Part shown: positions 7,740-11,949 of the stretch, one piece after another
Numbering within the stretch: the first letter of the stretch is position 1
Layout of the letters: each line of letters starts with the position of its first letter
Source: Candidatus Thermofontivivens primus
GTDB lineage: Bacteria; Sysuimicrobiota; Sysuimicrobiia; Sysuimicrobiales; Thermofontiviventaceae
Assembly (NCBI GenBank): GCA_031458695.1
Contig: JAVKJW010000046.1
Coordinates: 1 to 11,949, forward strand
Reading direction: 5' to 3'
Length of the DNA: 11,949 nucleotides
Made by a program: the position numbers and the translations under genes
The notes under the pieces: model-generated
Database searches by the model: none
What the model was told of the DNA's origin: nothing
What the model saw: the letters and a program-made list of their open reading frames with translations, nothing else

Positions 7740-8933
7740 ATGACAAAGGTTCTGACTGGAGGGACACAGGGCCGAAGGGTGGCCGTCGCCATGAGTGGTG
7801 GCGTAGACAGCTCTGTGGCGGCAGCCCTCCTTGTGGAGCAAGGCTACGAGGTCATCGGGATGACCATGAACCTCTGGCCCTCCTGGCTACCCCAGGAGGA
7901 GGGGGCTACGCGCACCTGTTGCGGCCTTAGCGCCATCGAGGATGCCCGTGCTGTCTGCAGGAAGCTGGGGATCCGCCACTATGTCCTGAACATGCGCGAG
8001 GCATTCCAGGAGGGGGTGATCGAGCCCTTCTCCCGGGAGTACATCCGAGGCAGGACTCCCAACCCTTGCATCCTGTGCAATCGGGTGATCAAGTTCGAGG
8101 TGTTGCTGTCCAAGGTCAGGGGTCTTGGGATGGATTTTCTGGCGACAGGACACTACGCCCGTGTAACCTATGATGGAAAGCGGGGAAGGTATCTTCTCCT
8201 CCGAGGGAAGGACCGGCAGAAGGACCAGTCCTATGTCCTCTTCGGCCTGACCCAGGACCAGCTCCCTTACGTGCTCTTCCCCCTTGGGGAATGGACCAAA
8301 GAAGAAGTCAGGGCCTACGCCCGGCGTCTCGGTCTCCCCGTGGCCGACAAACCCGACAGCCAGGAGATCTGCTTCGTCCCCCGCGGAAACTACACTGAGG
8401 TGATCCGACTCCTCCACCCGGAGGGGATGAAACCGGGCCCGATCTTGGATCTTGAGGGGAGGGAGATCGGACAGCACCAGGGAATCGCCAGGTACACTGT
8501 GGGCCAGCGGCGCGGTCTTGGCCTGGCCATGGGGAAACCCATGTATGTTGTAGAGGTGGACCCTGAGCGTAACGCCGTGATTGTGGGCCCCGAGGAGGCG
8601 TTAACCAGAGAAACGATCCTCGCAGAAGAGGTCAACTGGATCGCCATCGATGCCCTGGTGGAAGAGATGGAAGTGACGGCTCGGATCCGTCATGCAGGAC
8701 AGGAGGTTCCCGCGCGCCTCGTCCCCATCCCGGGGAGGGAGGACCGGGTTCTCGTGCGGTTCTCCACCCCCGTTCGGGCTCCTACCCCTGGACAGGCCAT
8801 CGTCTTCTACGATGGGGAGGTCATTGTGGGAGGGGGAACAATTTCTCGTCTCCCTGATCGTCTGTGCGCAATCCTCCATGGACCAAGCGCCAGAAGGGAA
8901 GAAAGCCTCTCTACCTCGGCGCGGGCCACTTGA
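7740..8933 (+). CDS. mnmA: tRNA-specific 2-thiouridylase MnmA
   Basis: PP-loop AMSGGVDSS, GRTPNPCILCN, ATGHYA, KDQSY, DSQEICF, YTVGQRRGLG, TPGQAIVFY, GGGTI. GAGGGGAG upstream of ATG 7740. Confidence 0.98.
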   Translation: MTKVLTGGTQGRRVAVAMSGGVDSSVAAALLVEQGYEVIGMTMNLWPSWLPQEEGATRTCCGLSAIEDARAVCRKLGIRHYVLNMREAFQEGVIEPFSREYIRGRTPNPCILCNRVIKFEVLLSKVRGLGMDFLATGHYARVTYDGKRGRYLLLRGKDRQKDQSYVLFGLTQDQLPYVLFPLGEWTKEEVRAYARRLGLPVADKPDSQEICFVPRGNYTEVIRLLHPEGMKPGPILDLEGREIGQHQGIARYTVGQRRGLGLAMGKPMYVVEVDPERNAVIVGPEEALTRETILAEEVNWIAIDALVEEMEVTARIRHAGQEVPARLVPIPGREDRVLVRFSTPVRAPTPGQAIVFYDGEVIVGGGTISRLPDRLCAILHGPSARREESLSTSARAT

Positions 8934-8953
8934 AGGGAAAGGAGGGAACGAAG

Positions 8954-9250
8954 ATGGCTGAACGGCGGGATTTTCTCACAGGAATGGTCATTGGCGGGCT
9001 TCTCGGGGTGGCCCTGGGATTGATCCTTGCCCCTGCCTCCGGGAAGGTCCTGCGAGAGAAGGTGAAGGAGAAGGGAGGCGCGTTGCGGGACGAGGTCAGG
9101 ACGCTCACTGACGAAGTCGTGGAGCGGTTCCGCACCGCGAGCGAGGAGATCGTGGAGCGAGTCAAAACCCTTCTCGAACAGAGGCTTGGAAAGGCAGAGG
9201 CTCGGGAGGAACCTGGGGCGGGGGAGAAGTTGGAGGAGCCAGAGGGTTAG
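8954..9250 (+). CDS. YtxH domain-containing protein
   Basis: N-terminal FLTGMVIGGLLGVALGLILAPASGKVLR matches the YtxH pattern (Gly-rich hydrophobic helix, then AP-x-SG-x2-(L/T)R), followed by a charged helical tail. AAGGAGG (8939-8945) precedes ATG 8954. Confidence 0.88.
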   Translation: MAERRDFLTGMVIGGLLGVALGLILAPASGKVLREKVKEKGGALRDEVRTLTDEVVERFRTASEEIVERVKTLLEQRLGKAEAREEPGAGEKLEEPEG

Positions 9251-9255
9251 AAGAA

Positions 9256-10563
9256 GTGGAGCTCACCGCCCTGGCAATCGAGGTCATCCGGCGCTTAAGG
9301 GACGCCGGGTTCGCGGCGTACTTTGTGGGAGGGTGTGTCCGGGATCAGCTCTTGGGCCGTCCTCCTCATGATGTGGATATCGTGACAAGCGCCTCTCCTG
9401 AGGAGGTCCTCCGCCTGTTCCCAGAGAGTGTAACGGTGGGGGCCAAGTTCGGCGTAGTCCGTGTCCGCATCGACTCCAGGGAGTTCGAGGTGGCCACATT
9501 CCGAGAGGAGGGCCCTTATTCCGACGGGCGCCACCCGAGTTACGTGCGCTTTGCCGACGCGCACTCGGATGTCCGGCGCCGTGACTTCACCATCAACGGC
9601 CTCCTGTACGATCCTCTGGAAGGGCGCGTTCTCGACCTCGTTGGCGGGCTGGAGGATCTCCGCTCCCGCCTGATCCGGACCATCGGGGATCCCCGGGAGC
9701 GGTTTGGTGAGGACAAGCTCCGCATGCTCAGGGCCGTACGCCTTGCGGTAGAGCTGGACTTCCAAATCGCTCCCGAGGTGGCGGAGGCCATTCAGGCGAT
9801 GGCCGACCAGATCACCGTGGTCAGCGCAGAGCGCATCCGGGAAGAGCTGGTTCGCATCCTCACCGGGCCAGCTCCCGGCAAAGGGATTCGCCTCCTGCAC
9901 GAAGTGGGCCTCCTCGGGGTCATTCTCCCCGAGGTCCAGGCGATGGCAGGGATTCCTCAGCCAGACGCGTTCCATCCCGAAGGGGATGTCTTCACCCACA
10001 CGGTCCTTGCCCTGGATCACCTCCATGCTCCTTCCGCTGTGCTGGCTATGGGGGTACTCCTCCACGACGTGGGCAAGCCACCCACGTATACCGTCGAGGA
10101 CCGGGTGCGGTTCCCCCGTCACGACGAGGTGGGCGCGGAGATCGCCCAGAGGATCTGCCGGAGGCTTCGGTTCAGTAACGAGGAGATAGAGCGGATTGTC
10201 GCCCTCGTCCGGGAGCATATGCGGTTTAAGGATCTTCCAAGGATGCGGCCAGCAAAGGCCCGCCGTTTCCTTTCGAGGCCTGATTTCCTCGACCATCTGG
10301 AGCTCCACAGGGTAGATTGCCTCGCGAGTCACGGGGACCTGTCCACTTACGAGTGGGCTAAAGAGGCCTACACCCGGCTGTCCAAAGAGGAGCCCATGCC
10401 CCCGAGGCTCCTTACAGGAGATGACCTGATTGGGCTGGGATTGAAGCCCGGACCGAGGTTCCGGGAGATCCTCGCGGCAGTGGAGGATGAGCAGCTGGAG
10501 GGTCGTATCTCTACGAAAGAGGAGGCACTGACGTTTGTGAAACGCCTCCTCCAGGAGCAATAA
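9256..10563 (+). CDS. cca: CCA tRNA nucleotidyltransferase (class II) with HD domain
   Basis: Motifs VGGCVRD-x8-DVD, EVATFR, loop YSDGRHP, RRDFTING, RFGEDKLRMLRA, SAERIREE, HPEGDVFTHT, LLHDVGKP, and C-terminal LLTGDDLI...PGP. GTG start 5 nt after the upstream stop. Confidence 0.92.
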   Translation: MELTALAIEVIRRLRDAGFAAYFVGGCVRDQLLGRPPHDVDIVTSASPEEVLRLFPESVTVGAKFGVVRVRIDSREFEVATFREEGPYSDGRHPSYVRFADAHSDVRRRDFTINGLLYDPLEGRVLDLVGGLEDLRSRLIRTIGDPRERFGEDKLRMLRAVRLAVELDFQIAPEVAEAIQAMADQITVVSAERIREELVRILTGPAPGKGIRLLHEVGLLGVILPEVQAMAGIPQPDAFHPEGDVFTHTVLALDHLHAPSAVLAMGVLLHDVGKPPTYTVEDRVRFPRHDEVGAEIAQRICRRLRFSNEEIERIVALVREHMRFKDLPRMRPAKARRFLSRPDFLDHLELHRVDCLASHGDLSTYEWAKEAYTRLSKEEPMPPRLLTGDDLIGLGLKPGPRFREILAAVEDEQLEGRISTKEEALTFVKRLLQEQ

Positions 10564-10621
10564 GCCACAATTCCCGGGGTCGCTGAGCGGCAGGGAAGAC
10601 TTTTACGGAGGTGAAGGGTCA

Positions 10622-10771
10622 ATGACCGAGCGCGACGCAGCCTTCCTTTTCCTTGGTTCCCTCCTTGCGATGATCGTGATTGGAGCCCTCCTCCCAGCGT
10701 TCTGGCCCTCCCTGATCCGCTTCATCGATGCCCACGTCCTGAACCCCCGGATCAACAAGGAAGAGCGTTGA
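10622..10771 (+). CDS. Small hypothetical single-pass membrane protein (49 aa)
   Basis: GGAGGTGA (10607-10614) lies 7 nt before ATG 10622. Manual translation: MTERDAAFLFLGSLLAMIVIGALLPAFWPSLIRFIDAHVLNPRINKEER, stop TGA 10769-10771. It fills the cca-fbp gap without overlap. Confidence 0.75.
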   Translation: MTERDAAFLFLGSLLAMIVIGALLPAFWPSLIRFIDAHVLNPRINKEER

Positions 10772-10780
10772 AGCCTTGCC

Positions 10781-11905
10781 TCACTCCCCTCCCACAGGAG
10801 CCCCCGCCCGGATGGAGAACTCCTTCTCCAGCCGCTCCAGGCGGACCACGATGCCCCCATACTCCAGCTCAGAGTAAGGCAACATTGCGGGCTCAAAGAA
10901 CCCCTGCCGGCGCATCTCCATGGCCTTCTCAGCGATCCGATCACGGACCTGGTTCCAGAAGGGGTCCGCGAAAAGGTCTACAGGTCCAGTGAGAACTCCT
11001 TCGTGCATGGAGTAGCCAGCCGCAGAGACCATGGGGCAGCAGAAAAACGTGGACGCACTTGTGTTCAGGGGTACAGGCATGAGGGGGAGGTTGTGGCTTC
11101 CCCGGGTGTCTCCGGCCACGAACGCACCAAGGGCGAAGGGAGGCCCGAACTCCTCTGTGGCGGGGAAGATCTTCTGTACGCGCACAATGGCCACTGGGTC
11201 GTCCTTCCCGACATAGCGCCCGGCGATGTTCCGCAGGCGGGTCGTGCTCACGCTCGCAGCTTGCTCGTGGGGATACCGGCGCGACCAGATGGACTCGATG
11301 ACATAGCGGTGGGTATCCCGCAGGAGCGCGGCGATATCGTACAGACGCTCCGGGGCGTCCAAGGTGATGACGCGATCCCCCTCGGTATAGTCCACGTCCA
11401 TGATGACGAACCGGAACCCGTCGTGTAGGTCCTGGGAGAGGAGGAGGCCCGAGGAGTACATGGGATCCGCAAAGGCGAGGTAGAGGGGGAGGTTGAAGGC
11501 CCCTGGCTCGGTCTTGTCCGCCTGGAAGACAATGAACGCTTCATTGGGCCGCTCCTCAAACTCCATCTCCGCACAGGCGGGGCCTAACCCCCTGATGTTT
11601 CCAGAAAAGGCATCTTTGAGGAGATCCTGTCCAGCTCCATACAGTCCCTGTGCTTTGGCCTTCTCTGTGGCCAGCTTGAACGCGTCCCAGGCGAGGGCAT
11701 GGATGGAAGGGTCAGATGTCCCCCGGGTGTGGGTCATGAGGATGGCGATATCATCCCCCGTGTGGGAGACCTGGCAGTCGATGAGCAGTTTCCCCTTCTC
11801 CCTCTCCACGCGCTCCCGGACAATGGCCAGGAGCTCAGGGCTCGGATTGGTGTGCCCGCCCACGCTGCCGATATCCGCCTTGATCACGCTGACAGTGATC
11901 TTCAT
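10781..11905 (-). CDS. fbp: Bifunctional fructose-1,6-bisphosphate aldolase/phosphatase (FBPase class V)
   Basis: Motifs SVIKADIGSVGGH, GDDIAILMTH, GLYGAGQDLLKDAFSGNIRGLGP, ADKTEPGAFNLPLY, YVGKDDP (Schiff-base Lys), RGSH, MRRQGFFEP, ELEY. AAGGAGG on the minus strand (11913-11919). Confidence 0.97.
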   Translation of the reverse strand: MKITVSVIKADIGSVGGHTNPSPELLAIVRERVEREKGKLLIDCQVSHTGDDIAILMTHTRGTSDPSIHALAWDAFKLATEKAKAQGLYGAGQDLLKDAFSGNIRGLGPACAEMEFEERPNEAFIVFQADKTEPGAFNLPLYLAFADPMYSSGLLLSQDLHDGFRFVIMDVDYTEGDRVITLDAPERLYDIAALLRDTHRYVIESIWSRRYPHEQAASVSTTRLRNIAGRYVGKDDPVAIVRVQKIFPATEEFGPPFALGAFVAGDTRGSHNLPLMPVPLNTSASTFFCCPMVSAAGYSMHEGVLTGPVDLFADPFWNQVRDRIAEKAMEMRRQGFFEPAMLPYSELEYGGIVVRLERLEKEFSIRAGAPVGGE

Positions 11906-11949
11906 ACACGAACCTCCTTGAACTTGGATCTACTCTCTTGTTTTTCCTA

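Noticed and set aside
1..11949. Novel multi-gene system, CRISPR array, mobile element or tRNA gene
   Set aside because: All large ORFs belong to known housekeeping families. I found no repeat-spacer array, transposase, integrase, tRNA cloverleaf or obvious compositional shift.

Overview
GC-rich bacterial housekeeping region centred on tRNA metabolism. In order: the 3' part of a universal stress protein gene (+); a convergent adenine-deaminase-family (COG1001) amidohydrolase with atypical active-site motifs (-); a sigma70 promoter and a complete transcriptional T-box riboswitch with an Asp (GAC) specifier heading hisS-aspS; a 6S RNA with its own promoter; rarA/mgsA; a promoter heading mnmA (CxxC+C type), a YtxH-domain gene, a CCA-adding enzyme with HD domain and a 49-codon membrane-peptide ORF absent from the ORF track; and a convergent FBP aldolase/phosphatase (-). 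I see no mobile element, CRISPR array or new multi-gene system. The most notable items are the two RNA elements, the small membrane ORF, the divergent deaminase and a 27-bp palindrome before rarA. All calls come from reading motifs by eye; no searches were run.
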